Part shown: positions 1-8,737 of the stretch, piece by piece
Numbering within the stretch: position 1 is the first letter of the stretch
How the letters are laid out: each line of letters starts with the position of its first letter
Origin: an uncultured Clostridia bacterium
Lineage (GTDB): Bacteria; Bacillota; Clostridia; Oscillospirales; Ruminococcaceae
Assembly: GCA_944386455.1 (NCBI GenBank)
Contig: CALXBC010000003.1
Span: forward strand, 29,872-93,871
Length of the DNA stretch: 64,000 bases
Reading direction: 5' to 3'
Notes under the pieces: generated by a model
What the model was told of the DNA's origin: nothing
Seen by the model: the letters and a program-made list of their open reading frames with translations, nothing else
Database searches by the model: none
Position numbers and translations under genes: made by a program

Positions 1-1
1 C
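1..1. other. placeholder removed
   Basis: Ignore this entry; it describes no feature. Confidence 0.
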
Positions 2-329
2 GGGGACAAAGGAACTGATGGGAGCGGTTGCCGCAAAGCTGGCAGAGCTTCCGCCGGTCAAGCGTTATGAGCCCGAACCGCCGACACCCGAAGAGCTGGA
101 AAAAGAACACCACAAATTTAACATTTCAGTCGAGGACGGCGTATATGTCATTGACGCACCGTGGCTGGAGCAGATTCTGAGTACAGTCAATATCGACGAC
201 TATGAGTCCCTTCAATATTTTCAGCGTGTGATGCGCAGCAGCGGTATCATTGATGAGCTGCTGAACATGGGGATTCAGGAAGGCGACACCGTTGAGCTGA
301 TGGGCTTTGCCTTTGATTTTGTCAACTGA
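1..329 (+). CDS. obg: GTPase Obg, C-terminal domain only (5' end lies outside the window)
   Basis: Reading frame is open from the window edge. The tail NISVEDGVYVIDAPWLEQIL...DYESLQYFQRVMRSSGIIDELLNMGIQEGDTVELMGFAFDF matches the Obg C-terminal (OCT) extension of Firmicutes. Confidence 0.8.
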   Translation, partial: GTKELMGAVAAKLAELPPVKRYEPEPPTPEELEKEHHKFNISVEDGVYVIDAPWLEQILSTVNIDDYESLQYFQRVMRSSGIIDELLNMGIQEGDTVELMGFAFDFVN

Positions 330-352
330 GAAAACGAAAGGACACAAAAGCA

Positions 353-1108
353 ATGAAGCTGATTTCTTGGAATGTCAATGGCCTGCGCGCCTGTATAGGA
401 AAGGGCTTCCCCGATTTTTTGGGGCAGTCGGACGCCGATTTTGTCTGTATTCAGGAAACGAAAATGCAGCCGGAACAGAACGAGTACCATCCGGATGGAT
501 ATTTTCAGTATTGGAACAGCGCAGTGCGAAAGGGCTATTCAGGCACAGCGGTCTTTGCCAAAAAGGGACCGCTTTCTGTCCAATATGATATTGGGATTCC
601 CGAGCATGGAGACGAGGGACGGGTCATCACGCTGGAGTATGATACATTCTTTTTAGTGACGGTTTATACGCCTAATTCCAAACGGGATTTGAGCCGCCTT
701 GCCTACCGTATGCAGTGGGAAGATGATTTTCGTGCCTACTGTAAAGCGCTTGATGCGCAAAAGCCGGTGATCATCTGCGGTGACATGAATGTGGCACATC
801 AGGAGATCGACCTCAAGCATCCGAAAAACAACCGCGGCAACTCCGGTTTTACGGATGAAGAACGGGCAAAGTTTACCGAGCTGCTTCAAAGCGGCTTTAC
901 CGACACCTTTCGCTATCTGTATCCCAACCGGGCGGACGCATACTCCTGGTGGTCCTACCTGTACCATGCACGGGATACTAATGCAGGATGGCGGATCGAC
1001 TATTTTCTGGTTTCCGACCGCATTCGGGAGCAGATCGTGGACGCAAAAATTCTGACAGAGGTATATGGCAGCGATCATTGCCCCGTTTCTCTGGAAATTT
1101 CGTTATGA
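353..1108 (+). CDS. xth: Exodeoxyribonuclease III (AP endonuclease)
   Basis: 251 aa. MKLISWNVNGLRA..., QETK, ...GDMNVAH..., ...WSY..., C-terminal GSDHCPV are classic ExoIII/EEP motifs. Confidence 0.93.
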   Translation: MKLISWNVNGLRACIGKGFPDFLGQSDADFVCIQETKMQPEQNEYHPDGYFQYWNSAVRKGYSGTAVFAKKGPLSVQYDIGIPEHGDEGRVITLEYDTFFLVTVYTPNSKRDLSRLAYRMQWEDDFRAYCKALDAQKPVIICGDMNVAHQEIDLKHPKNNRGNSGFTDEERAKFTELLQSGFTDTFRYLYPNRADAYSWWSYLYHARDTNAGWRIDYFLVSDRIREQIVDAKILTEVYGSDHCPVSLEISL

Positions 1109-1263
1109 AGCATGGTAACGGACTTGACGGTGATGCTTGTTCCGTGCTATACTGAAAAAAGCAATAACCGGCGCAGCTGATTCAGGATCCCCTTGTATCA
1201 AAAGATCTTTGGTTGATTTCATTCCGATTGGAACGAATAAAATGCGGAAAGGTTGATGAAGGA

Positions 1264-1713
1264 ATGCGGACTGCAATTATTGTAATCATCGTGATCCAGT
1301 TAATTGCTGATGTAGTCGCAAGCCTGGCTTTGCTTGGTCAGAATTTTCTGCTGGCGATTCTGGGGCTGGCTCTGGCTTTACTGTCCCTGGTGCCGCTGAT
1401 TGCCTTGCTTCGCTGCATGGATGATGTATCTGATCTCCAGTCAGAAGTGTATTCGCTGCGCAACCGGCTGCACCAGCTGGAAGGACAGCTCGCAGCCCCG
1501 GAGGACAGACCGGTGGCAGGCGCATTTGTTTCAGAAGCGCCGCAAAGTAAGATGACGGCGAGAGAACGCTGGACCTGCTCGAAATGCGGCAGCGTCAATC
1601 GTGCAGGAATCAATGCCTGTGAAAGCTGCGGAGCCCGCTATTCGTTTGAACAGCAAAAAATTACCGATGCCCCGCTGACCAAATGGCGGCTGAAAGAGAA
1701 TAAAAAGAAATGA
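1264..1713 (+). CDS. Small membrane/coiled-coil protein with C-terminal RanBP2-type zinc ribbon
   Basis: Two hydrophobic helices, then a heptad-like segment, then [21 protein letters not shown], which fits W-x-C-x2-C-x3-N-x6-C-x2-C. Start is uncertain (ATG 1264, or TTG 1213 in the same frame). Confidence 0.6.
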   Translation: MRTAIIVIIVIQLIADVVASLALLGQNFLLAILGLALALLSLVPLIALLRCMDDVSDLQSEVYSLRNRLHQLEGQLAAPEDRPVAGAFVSEAPQSKMTARERWTCSKCGSVNRAGINACESCGARYSFEQQKITDAPLTKWRLKENKKK

Positions 1714-1750
1714 TAACGGCCGGCGCCGGCTGATGATAAGAAAGGACAAG

Positions 1751-3196
1751 ATGAATACAATGGCAGAACAGAAGAAAATGGTGGAAGCCATTACTTCCAT
1801 GGATGAGGATTTTGCACAATGGTATACCGATGTTGTGAAAAAAGCGGAGCTTTGTGATTATTCCGGTGTACGCGGCTGTATGGTCTTTGAGCCGTACGGT
1901 TATGCGATCTGGGAGAATATCCAAAAGGATCTTGACGCACGGTTTAAGGCGACAGGCCACGAAAATGTCTATATGCCGATGTTTATCCCGGAAAGCCTGC
2001 TGCAAAAGGAAAAGGATCATGTCGAAGGCTTTGCGCCGGAAGTCGCATGGGTCACTCATGGCGGGGACGATAAGCTGACAGAACGGCTTTGCGTTCGCCC
2101 AACCTCAGAAACGCTGTTCTGCGAGCATTATGCGCATGTGATCCATTCCTATCGGGATCTGCCGAAGCTTTATAATCAGTGGTGCTCGGTGGTTCGCTGG
2201 GAAAAAACCACCCGTCCTTTTTTGAGAAATGTTGAATTTCTCTGGCAGGAAGGACATACCATGCATGAGACGGCAGAGGAGGCCAAGGAAGAAACGCTGC
2301 GGATGCTGAATGTGTATGCAGCATTCTGCGAAGAGAGTCTGGCCATTCCTGTTTTAAAGGGACGCAAGACAGAAAAGGAACAGTTTGCCGGAGCACAGGC
2401 AACCTACACCATCGAAGCAATGATGCATGACGGTGTGGCGCTTCAGGCCGGCACCTCTCATTATTTCGGCGATGGCTTTGCCAAAGCATTTGATATTACC
2501 TTTACCGGACGGGACAACAAACTTGCTTATCCGCATCAGACCTCCTGGGGAGTATCCACCCGTCTGATCGGCGGCATCATCATGACCCATGGTGACGACA
2601 ACGGGCTCGTGCTGCCGCCGGCGATCGCCCCGATCCAGGTTGTGATCGTGCCGGTTGCAATGCATAAAGAAGGGGTTCTGGAAAAGGCCGGCGAGCTTTA
2701 TCATCGGCTAAGCAGCTTTTGCCGCGTCAAGCTGGATGACAGTGATAATTCTCCCGGCTGGAAGTTCGCAGAATATGAAATGAAGGGCGTACCGCTTCGG
2801 CTGGAAATCGGGCCAAAGGACATTGCAGCCAATCAGTGTGTTCTGGTCAAGCGTCACAACCGGGAAAAGATGGTCGTTTCGTTGGATGAATTGGAAACTG
2901 CAATTCCTGCGGCTTTGCAGTCCGTTCATGATGGATTATATGAGAAGGCGCTGCAAAACCGGGAAAACCGGACCTATACGGCGACAAGCTATGAGGAATT
3001 CCGGCAGATTTCAGATGCACATAATGGTTTTATCAAAGCGATGTGGTGCGGGGATAAGGCCTGTGAAGAGAAAATCAAGGATGATACTGGGGTGAAATCC
3101 CGCTGTATTCCGTTTGAGGAAGAGCATTTGAGCGACGTCTGCGTCTGCTGCGGCAAGCCTGCCAAGAAAATGGTCTATTGGGGAAAACAATATTAA
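1751..3196 (+). CDS. proS: Proline--tRNA ligase (archaeal/eukaryote-like class II type)
   Basis: About 481 aa. N-terminus [38 protein letters not shown] and C-terminal Zn-binding tail ...[26 protein letters not shown] Shine-Dalgarno precedes ATG 1751. Confidence 0.93.
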   Translation: MNTMAEQKKMVEAITSMDEDFAQWYTDVVKKAELCDYSGVRGCMVFEPYGYAIWENIQKDLDARFKATGHENVYMPMFIPESLLQKEKDHVEGFAPEVAWVTHGGDDKLTERLCVRPTSETLFCEHYAHVIHSYRDLPKLYNQWCSVVRWEKTTRPFLRNVEFLWQEGHTMHETAEEAKEETLRMLNVYAAFCEESLAIPVLKGRKTEKEQFAGAQATYTIEAMMHDGVALQAGTSHYFGDGFAKAFDITFTGRDNKLAYPHQTSWGVSTRLIGGIIMTHGDDNGLVLPPAIAPIQVVIVPVAMHKEGVLEKAGELYHRLSSFCRVKLDDSDNSPGWKFAEYEMKGVPLRLEIGPKDIAANQCVLVKRHNREKMVVSLDELETAIPAALQSVHDGLYEKALQNRENRTYTATSYEEFRQISDAHNGFIKAMWCGDKACEEKIKDDTGVKSRCIPFEEEHLSDVCVCCGKPAKKMVYWGKQY

Positions 3197-3197
3197 T

Positions 3198-3225
3198 GAA
3201 AAAACCGGGGCAATGTCCCGGTTTT
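3198..3225 (+). terminator. Intrinsic terminator hairpin after proS (left copy of a duplicated hairpin)
   Basis: aaaaaaCCGGGGcaatgTCCCGGtttt sits immediately after the proS stop codon. A-tract and T-tract make it bidirectional. Confidence 0.75.
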
Positions 3226-3448
3226 AGTCTGTAGAAAAAGGGGTAAAAAATAAAAAATCGTCACGCAGGCGGACATGCGCCGCCGGAGTGACACCTTGAG
3301 AGAAAACCGGCGGTGAGCAGAGACAAAGTCTCCTGCGGAGCCGGTTTTTGACTGAAAAGGGGGGAGTCGGGGGAAAAACGCAGAACAAGGCTTTGCCGCA
3401 GTGATTGTGTTTGTCCCTCGAGAGCGTGTCAAAAAAGTCGACACGCTC
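3226..3448 (-). repeat. 223-nt structured intergenic element, copy A (second copy at 20223-20445)
   Basis: By eye about 93-95% identical to 20223-20445 in the same orientation. Contains 3-4 stable hairpins. Hairpin GTCACGCAGGCGG/CCGCC..GTGAC is followed by a T-run on the minus strand. ORFs across it are in different frames in the two copies. Confidence 0.85.
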
Positions 3449-3475
3449 AAACCGGGGCAATGCCCCGGTTTTTGT
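3449..3475. terminator. Right copy of the duplicated terminator hairpin
   Basis: aaaCCGGGGcaatgCCCCGGttttt is identical to 3201-3225 except for one base. Confidence 0.7.
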
Positions 3476-3518
3476 TTGGCAGGAAATTAATGAGAAAGTC
3501 TGCCTTTTTCCATAAAAA

Positions 3519-3546
3519 TACTGCCCCGGCTGATGCCGGGGCAGTT
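3519..3546 (-). terminator. Intrinsic terminator of the msmX-like gene
   Basis: CTGCCCCGGC-tgat-GCCGGGGCAG stem 10 nt past the stop codon, with a T-rich run on the minus strand. Confidence 0.7.
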
Positions 3547-3554
3547 TATCTTTT

Positions 3555-4697
3555 TTAGTTGCAGATAACCTTTTCTGTTTCTTTGTCAAATACATGGATC
3601 TTGTTGACGTCAAACGCAACCTGGATCTCATCGCCTGCACGGGCGGTAGAACGGGGAGAAACTCTCGCAGTCAGCGGAACTTCCTCACAGGTCAGGTACA
3701 GATAGGTCTCAGCACCCATCATTTCCGTAACGTCTACCTTACAGTTGACAACACCGGTGGTGGCAGCAGACAGATACATTTCCTCGTCCTTAATGTCTTC
3801 CGGACGAATACCGACAACGACTTCTTTGTCAATATAAGCATCCAGAACGCCATCTTTGTTCTTGGATTCCGGCAGCTCGATGAAGTATTTCACACCTCTT
3901 CTGGTCTTGGTGTCCTCGGTGCCAAACTCAATTCCGATTTTGCCGTCTTTTTTCAGCAACATTGCATCGATAAAGTTCATCTGCGGAGAACCAATGAATC
4001 CGGCAACGAAAATGTTGCAAGGTTTGTCATAAAGATTTTTAGGAGTATCGACCTGCTGAATGAAACCGTCTTTCATAACGACGATTCTGGTACCCATTGT
4101 CATAGCTTCGGTCTGGTCATGGGTAACATAAATGAATGTAGTACCCAGTTTCTGATGGAGCAAGGACAACTCGGTTCTCATCTGTGCACGCAGTTTTGCA
4201 TCCAAGTTGGACAGCGGCTCGTCAAGCAGGAAGACCTGCGGCTCACGAACGATTGCACGTCCCAGCGCAACACGCTGACGCTGACCGCCGGACAAAGCCT
4301 TCGGTTTCCGGTCGAGCAGGTGTGCAATATCCAAAATGCGGGCAGCCTCATCAACACGGCGCTTGATTTCGTCCTTTGGCGTTTTTCTCAGCTTCAGACC
4401 GAATGCCATGTTTTCAAACACGGTCATATGCGGATACAGAGCGTAGTTCTGGAACACCATCGCGATATCACGGTCTTTTGGTGCAACGTCGTTTACAAGA
4501 CGGTCGCCGATATAAAGTTCGCCCTCTGTGATCTCTTCCAAACCGGCGATCATACGCAGAGTTGTAGATTTACCGCATCCAGAAGGACCGACGAGAATGA
4601 TGAACTCTTTGTCGGTGATTTCAAGATTAAAATCAGAAACAGCGGTTACGCCGCCCGGATATTTTTTATAAATACCCTTCAAGCTCAAACTTGCCAT
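3555..4697 (-). CDS. msmX: Sugar ABC transporter ATP-binding protein (MsmX/MalK/UgpC type), orphan with no cognate permease genes adjacent
   Basis: 380 aa. Walker [25 protein letters not shown] signature, Walker [12 protein letters not shown]. Near-collinear with B. subtilis MsmX, including the MalK-like C-terminal regulatory domain. Confidence 0.9.
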   Translation of the reverse strand: MASLSLKGIYKKYPGGVTAVSDFNLEITDKEFIILVGPSGCGKSTTLRMIAGLEEITEGELYIGDRLVNDVAPKDRDIAMVFQNYALYPHMTVFENMAFGLKLRKTPKDEIKRRVDEAARILDIAHLLDRKPKALSGGQRQRVALGRAIVREPQVFLLDEPLSNLDAKLRAQMRTELSLLHQKLGTTFIYVTHDQTEAMTMGTRIVVMKDGFIQQVDTPKNLYDKPCNIFVAGFIGSPQMNFIDAMLLKKDGKIGIEFGTEDTKTRRGVKYFIELPESKNKDGVLDAYIDKEVVVGIRPEDIKDEEMYLSAATTGVVNCKVDVTEMMGAETYLYLTCEEVPLTARVSPRSTARAGDEIQVAFDVNKIHVFDKETEKVICN

Positions 4698-4869
4698 AAA
4701 ATGGACCTCCTAAAAAAATTAAATTCATAGATTATAACTGTCAAAAGCCTTATTAATACTATAACAAAATTGTCTCGTTCTGCCTAGTACCTGAATATCC
4801 AAACTTTTGGAAATCAGATTGGAGATATTGCCTAATAATACACAAAATTTGCGATTTTCGGCAAAATTT

Positions 4870-5586
4870 TCATTTTGGCGATTCCAAAATTTTAAAACGT
4901 TCTTTGTGCAATATTTCTCTGCATTCTCCCGGCGCCAGATTTGGGTCCAAATCCAAACCACCGATTTTTGTCCGCTTCAGGGAAAGCACCTTTTTACCGC
5001 GGGATTCAAACATCCGCTTGATCTGATGATACTTACCCTCCTGCAAAACAATTTCCACAAGCGGCTGCGGTCCTGGGTCAAGCACGTTAAGCTGTGCAGA
5101 CATACAAACGGTGCCGTCCGCCAGCGTTATCCCTTCTTGAAAAAGCGCAATATCTGTCTGATTCACCGGCTGGTCGATCACTGCCTGATAAGTTTTGGGC
5201 ACATGCTTTTTCGGAGATAAAATGCGGTGAGCGAAATCTCCGTCATCCGTTAAAAGCACAAATCCCTCTGTGTCTTTATCAAGACGCCCTGCCGGAAAAA
5301 GGCCGCTGCGGTATAACGGAGGCGGCACAAGGTCAAGCACGGTCGTGTGCTGTCTGTCTTCCGTCGCAGAGACAACGCCCTGCGGCTTGTTGAGCATGAT
5401 GTAAATGTGTTTCTTATAAGAAACATTCTTTCCATCCAGTAGTATGATATCACATTCGGGGTCGATTTGTATATCGGAAATTTTTGCCGGTTCACCGTTG
5501 ACCGTAATGCGTCCCTGCCGAACAAGCGTTTTGACTTCTTTTCGGGACGCAAGAGACTGGGAAGAAAAAAATTTGTCCAGCCGCAT
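4870..5586 (-). CDS. Pseudouridine synthase, RsuA/RluB family (S4 domain plus catalytic domain)
   Basis: MRLDKFFSSQSLASRKEVKTLVRQGRITVNG (S4 domain) and GRLDKDTEGFVLLTDDG (catalytic Asp motif). Confidence 0.88.
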   Translation of the reverse strand: MRLDKFFSSQSLASRKEVKTLVRQGRITVNGEPAKISDIQIDPECDIILLDGKNVSYKKHIYIMLNKPQGVVSATEDRQHTTVLDLVPPPLYRSGLFPAGRLDKDTEGFVLLTDDGDFAHRILSPKKHVPKTYQAVIDQPVNQTDIALFQEGITLADGTVCMSAQLNVLDPGPQPLVEIVLQEGKYHQIKRMFESRGKKVLSLKRTKIGGLDLDPNLAPGECREILHKERFKILESPK

Positions 5587-5696
5587 TTAGAAAATCCTCC
5601 TTTCTTCCGTTGGGGATATCAAAAAGGAGAGCCCATTTGCAGACTCTCCTCAATGGTTGATTTTCATATGTCATTTACAAAAACATACTGTAAAAT

Positions 5697-6335
5697 TTAA
5701 GCTTCCTGCTTTTTCTCTTTTACATTATCCAAAACGAAAAGCGGCTTTGCAAATAAAGCAAGAAGAACAGAGACCACCGTGCCGATTATGATTTCCGGCA
5801 CCATATAAGTTCCGTTATACACAATGGAGTATATAAACTGTACCAGCTTGAATGGGAGATCGGTAGTCAGTGCGCCGTCACCGAAGAAATCCGCAATGCT
5901 TTCCGCGGACGCCCAAAGGGCAAAACCGGAAAGGATATGGCATAAATAACGCAGCGTGCTGCAAACTGCGAATCCAAGTCCAAAAGACAGGACCCTGTTA
6001 GGAATCGCTTTACGGAACATACCGCCCAGTCCCAATACGGTGAAAGCAATAAAATAGTCCAGGAACAAGGAAGCGACCAGGGAAAATCCGCTGATGCCTC
6101 TCAAGGCGCTCAATCCGGTCAGGATCTGGATCAGGCTGTACACAAATCCACTCAGCAGTCCCCATCTTACGCCGTAACGGTAAGAGATGTAGACAATCGG
6201 CACCATGCTGCAAAGAGTAACGGCGCCGCCGAACGGAAGCTCAATAATCTTGATTAACGATAAAATCGTTGCCAACGCGATCATCACCGCGCTGACACAT
6301 AACATTTGTGTTTTTTGTGATATTTTTGTGCTCAT
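5697..6335 (-). CDS. thiT: ECF-type thiamine transporter S component (ThiT/YuaJ-like)
   Basis: 212-aa protein with 6 transmembrane helices, directly downstream of a TPP riboswitch. Confidence 0.78.
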   Translation of the reverse strand: MSTKISQKTQMLCVSAVMIALATILSLIKIIELPFGGAVTLCSMVPIVYISYRYGVRWGLLSGFVYSLIQILTGLSALRGISGFSLVASLFLDYFIAFTVLGLGGMFRKAIPNRVLSFGLGFAVCSTLRYLCHILSGFALWASAESIADFFGDGALTTDLPFKLVQFIYSIVYNGTYMVPEIIIGTVVSVLLALFAKPLFVLDNVKEKKQEA

Positions 6336-6439
6336 TATAAATCTTTCCTTCTCTGATTAAAATTTGGTGAAAGACCTAAAACGAACACCAACTAAGAAGG
6401 AAAGACAGCACAGGAAACCTCCTGTCCTGCGGTTCACAA

Positions 6440-6530
6440 ATCTTCCTACGCTGGTATTATCCATTTCAGGTGTTAGGGTTTTCGTATCAATGGGACTCCT
6501 CTCAGCTTGAGTCATCAAGCACCCCTGATT
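6440..6530 (-). promoter_or_regulatory. TPP (THI-box) riboswitch with downstream terminator-like expression platform
   Basis: Minus strand reads caGGGGTGCttgatgactcaagCTGAGAggagtcccattgatacgaaAACCCtaACACCTGAAATGGATAATACCAGCGTAGGAAG. This carries the conserved GGGGUGC, CUGAGA, ACCC and CCUGA..GGAUAAUaCCAGCG blocks. It is followed by a CAGGACAGG/CCTGTGCTG hairpin and a T-rich run. Confidence 0.9.
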
Positions 6531-6671
6531 TGCTTTCTATTCAGTTTTTGTAAATGAACAACTTCAGTATATCACAGACCAAACATCAATGCAACAGAAA
6601 ACGGCAAGATTCTCGCTTTTACACGGTGAAGCGAAAAATCCAGCCGTTTTTTTACAAATTATGACGAAAAT

Positions 6672-7970
6672 TTATTGATTGCGCAGGTCCAAAATACGCT
6701 GTGCCTTGCCCTGGAACCGTTCAAGTGTTTTTGGCTCCACCAGCGTGATCTTCAGCATCAGTCCCAGTACCGTATGGATTTTATCCTGAATGGTATGCTG
6801 CAGCGTTTCCAGTTCGGCATACTGTTCCAGAAGCGAATTGTCGGTCAGTTCCACCTTGACCTCCAGATTGTCCATTACGCCCTTGCGGGTCACCACCAGC
6901 TGATAGTGCGGTCCGATCTGCGGGATCGTCATCAGTACGCTTTCGATCTGGGACGGGAACACATTGACCCCTTTGATTTTCAGCATGTCGTCGCACCGGC
7001 CTTTGATCTTGTCCATCCGCGCCATGGTACGGCCGCATTTGCAGGGCTCATAATTGATGCGGGAGATATCCTTTGTCCGATAACGCAGCAGAGGAAACGC
7101 CTCCTTGGTCAGCGGTGTGATGACGACCTCTCCGGTCGCTCCCGGCTCCAGCACCTCACCGGTATTGCTGTCGATAATCTCAGCAAGAAAATGATCCTCT
7201 GCAATATGCATTCCTTCGCGGTATGTACATTCGCCTGAAACGCCCGGGCCGATCAGCTCGCTCATTCCGTAGTTATCGGTTGCAAACAGGTCAAAGCCCT
7301 GTTCCACAGCGGTGCGCATCTCTGGTGTGCAGCCCTCGGAGCCAAAGAGCCCCAACCGCAGCTTGAGCTGGTCGTTGGTGATTCCGGCATCATGTGCGAC
7401 CTCCGACATATACAGAGCATAAGAAGGGGTGCTGACAATCGCAGTCGTACCAAAGTCCTTGAGGAGCATCACCTGCTTCTGGGTATTTCCGCTTGAGCTT
7501 GGAATGACGGTGGCACCGATCTTCTCCAAACCGTAATGCAGGCCGAGCGCTCCGGTAAACAGTCCGTAGCCAAAGCAAATCTGGACAATGTCCTCATCGG
7601 TCGCACCGGCAGCAACGCAAAGCCTTGCCACGACATCCGACCACATATCCAGATCGTTTCTGGTGTATCCGACAACGGTTGGCTTCCCGGTCGTACCGCT
7701 GGACGCGTGAAGGCGGACGATATTTTTCATCGGCTGTGCAAACAGGCCGAACGGGTAATTGTCGCGGATATCGTCTTTGGTGGTATAAGGGATATACCGG
7801 ATGTCGGACAGCTGTTTGATTTTTTCCGGCGTAACCTTTGCCTTTGTGAGCCGCTCATGATAAAACGGAACGTTGTCATAGCAATATTTGACCATCCGCC
7901 TGAGCCGCTCCAGCTGCATTTTTTCAATTTCCTGCCGCGGCATCGTCTCGATGTCCTTTTGAAAAAACAT
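6672..7970 (-). CDS. paaK: Phenylacetate--CoA ligase family protein (PaaK / F390 synthetase-like adenylating enzyme)
   Basis: 432 aa. ERLRRMVKYCYDNVPFYHERL, SSGTTGKPTVVGYT (AMP-binding P-loop), and a C-terminal ACT-like LVEPKTLERFQGKAQRILDLR. Confidence 0.85.
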   Translation of the reverse strand: MFFQKDIETMPRQEIEKMQLERLRRMVKYCYDNVPFYHERLTKAKVTPEKIKQLSDIRYIPYTTKDDIRDNYPFGLFAQPMKNIVRLHASSGTTGKPTVVGYTRNDLDMWSDVVARLCVAAGATDEDIVQICFGYGLFTGALGLHYGLEKIGATVIPSSSGNTQKQVMLLKDFGTTAIVSTPSYALYMSEVAHDAGITNDQLKLRLGLFGSEGCTPEMRTAVEQGFDLFATDNYGMSELIGPGVSGECTYREGMHIAEDHFLAEIIDSNTGEVLEPGATGEVVITPLTKEAFPLLRYRTKDISRINYEPCKCGRTMARMDKIKGRCDDMLKIKGVNVFPSQIESVLMTIPQIGPHYQLVVTRKGVMDNLEVKVELTDNSLLEQYAELETLQHTIQDKIHTVLGLMLKITLVEPKTLERFQGKAQRILDLRNQ

Positions 7971-8207
7971 GATAGTCCCCTCTTTGATTTTATCGATTTA
8001 ACGTGGTTAATTATGAAAGTATATATAAACTATTTTAACACAGAACAGAATGGATGTCAACGGCAGAAAAAGCACTTCCTTCCCGGGAATTGTAGGTGTT
8101 ACAATAGATATTGGACAGGTAGAGTAAAAAAAGGATGAAGGATAAGGCCTCATCGGTTATAGTTAAGTTACGACACAACAACTATACGAGAGGAGACCAG
8201 ATCCTTC

Positions 8208-8372
8208 ATGAATAAGAGTATAACACAGGACATGGCATATCGGCAATCCCTGATGAAATATGCAGAGAAATATGGCGTCAGCCGCGCCAGCCGGAAGTAC
8301 AACAAAAGCCGGTCGTATATCTACTTCTGGAAAGCTCGCTGTCCACAACCGCCGCTCCAACAACTTCCCTGA
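8208..8372 (+). pseudogene. N-terminal HTH fragment of an IS-type transposase/integrase (remnant, 54 codons)
   Basis: MNKSITQDMAYRQSLMKYAEKYGVSRASRKYNKSRSYIYFWKAR... is the typical HTH leader of IS481/IS3-like transposases of Clostridia. The frame stops after 54 codons and no catalytic domain follows. Confidence 0.55.
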
Positions 8373-8511
8373 GTTCACTGTCCAATATGTTTGACAATCC
8401 TACATTTATAAATTTTTTCTTTTTCTGCCGGATGTAAAAACAGCACATGCATACTGACGCAGTTCGCTCCTGCAAAAATATATTGTTTTTGGATTTCAGA
8501 CAGTAAAAAAC

Positions 8512-8540
8512 TTGACAAATTGCATTTGAATGCCTAAAAT
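8512..8540 (+). promoter_or_regulatory. Sigma-70-type promoter upstream of the GT4 gene
   Basis: TTGACA, 17 nt spacer, TAAAAT. It leaves a leader of roughly 185-190 nt before ATG 8738. Confidence 0.55.
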
Positions 8541-8737
8541 GATACATAAAGGAAAAAGAGACGTTATCTGACAAAAGCCGCGTCATGCTTGTCCAAACGG
8601 GAATATAAAAACAGATGCAACAGGGCTGGATATCCAACCCTGTTCTTTCAGTTGACGCGGCAGTTTGTGGAGAAAATGAAGATCAGCGGCATATTGCCTT
8701 TGACCTTCGGCAGAAGATTGGAAAGGAATTGTCATTC

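Noticed and set aside
1714-1750. Expected T-box leader upstream of proS.
   Set aside because: The intergenic gap is under 40 nt and shows only a short GC hairpin, so there is no room for a T-box.
3193-3640. ORFs of 85 and 138 aa crossing repeat copy A, and ORFs of 74 and 60 aa crossing copy B (20161-20441).
   Set aside because: Indels between the two copies shift the reading frame. The peptide that is continuous in copy A is split over two frames in copy B. Conservation is therefore at the nucleotide and structure level, not the protein level.
3594-4730. 378-aa ORF on the plus strand.
   Set aside because: It is the exact antisense shadow of the msmX-like gene. It has no Shine-Dalgarno and no recognisable motifs, while the minus-strand product has complete ABC ATPase motifs.
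8615-8737. In-frame 41-codon N-terminal extension of the GT4 gene given by the ORF track.
   Set aside because: ATG 8615 has no Shine-Dalgarno and the extension has no GT4-like sequence. ATG 8738 has a good Shine-Dalgarno and gives the canonical MKILLVT start.
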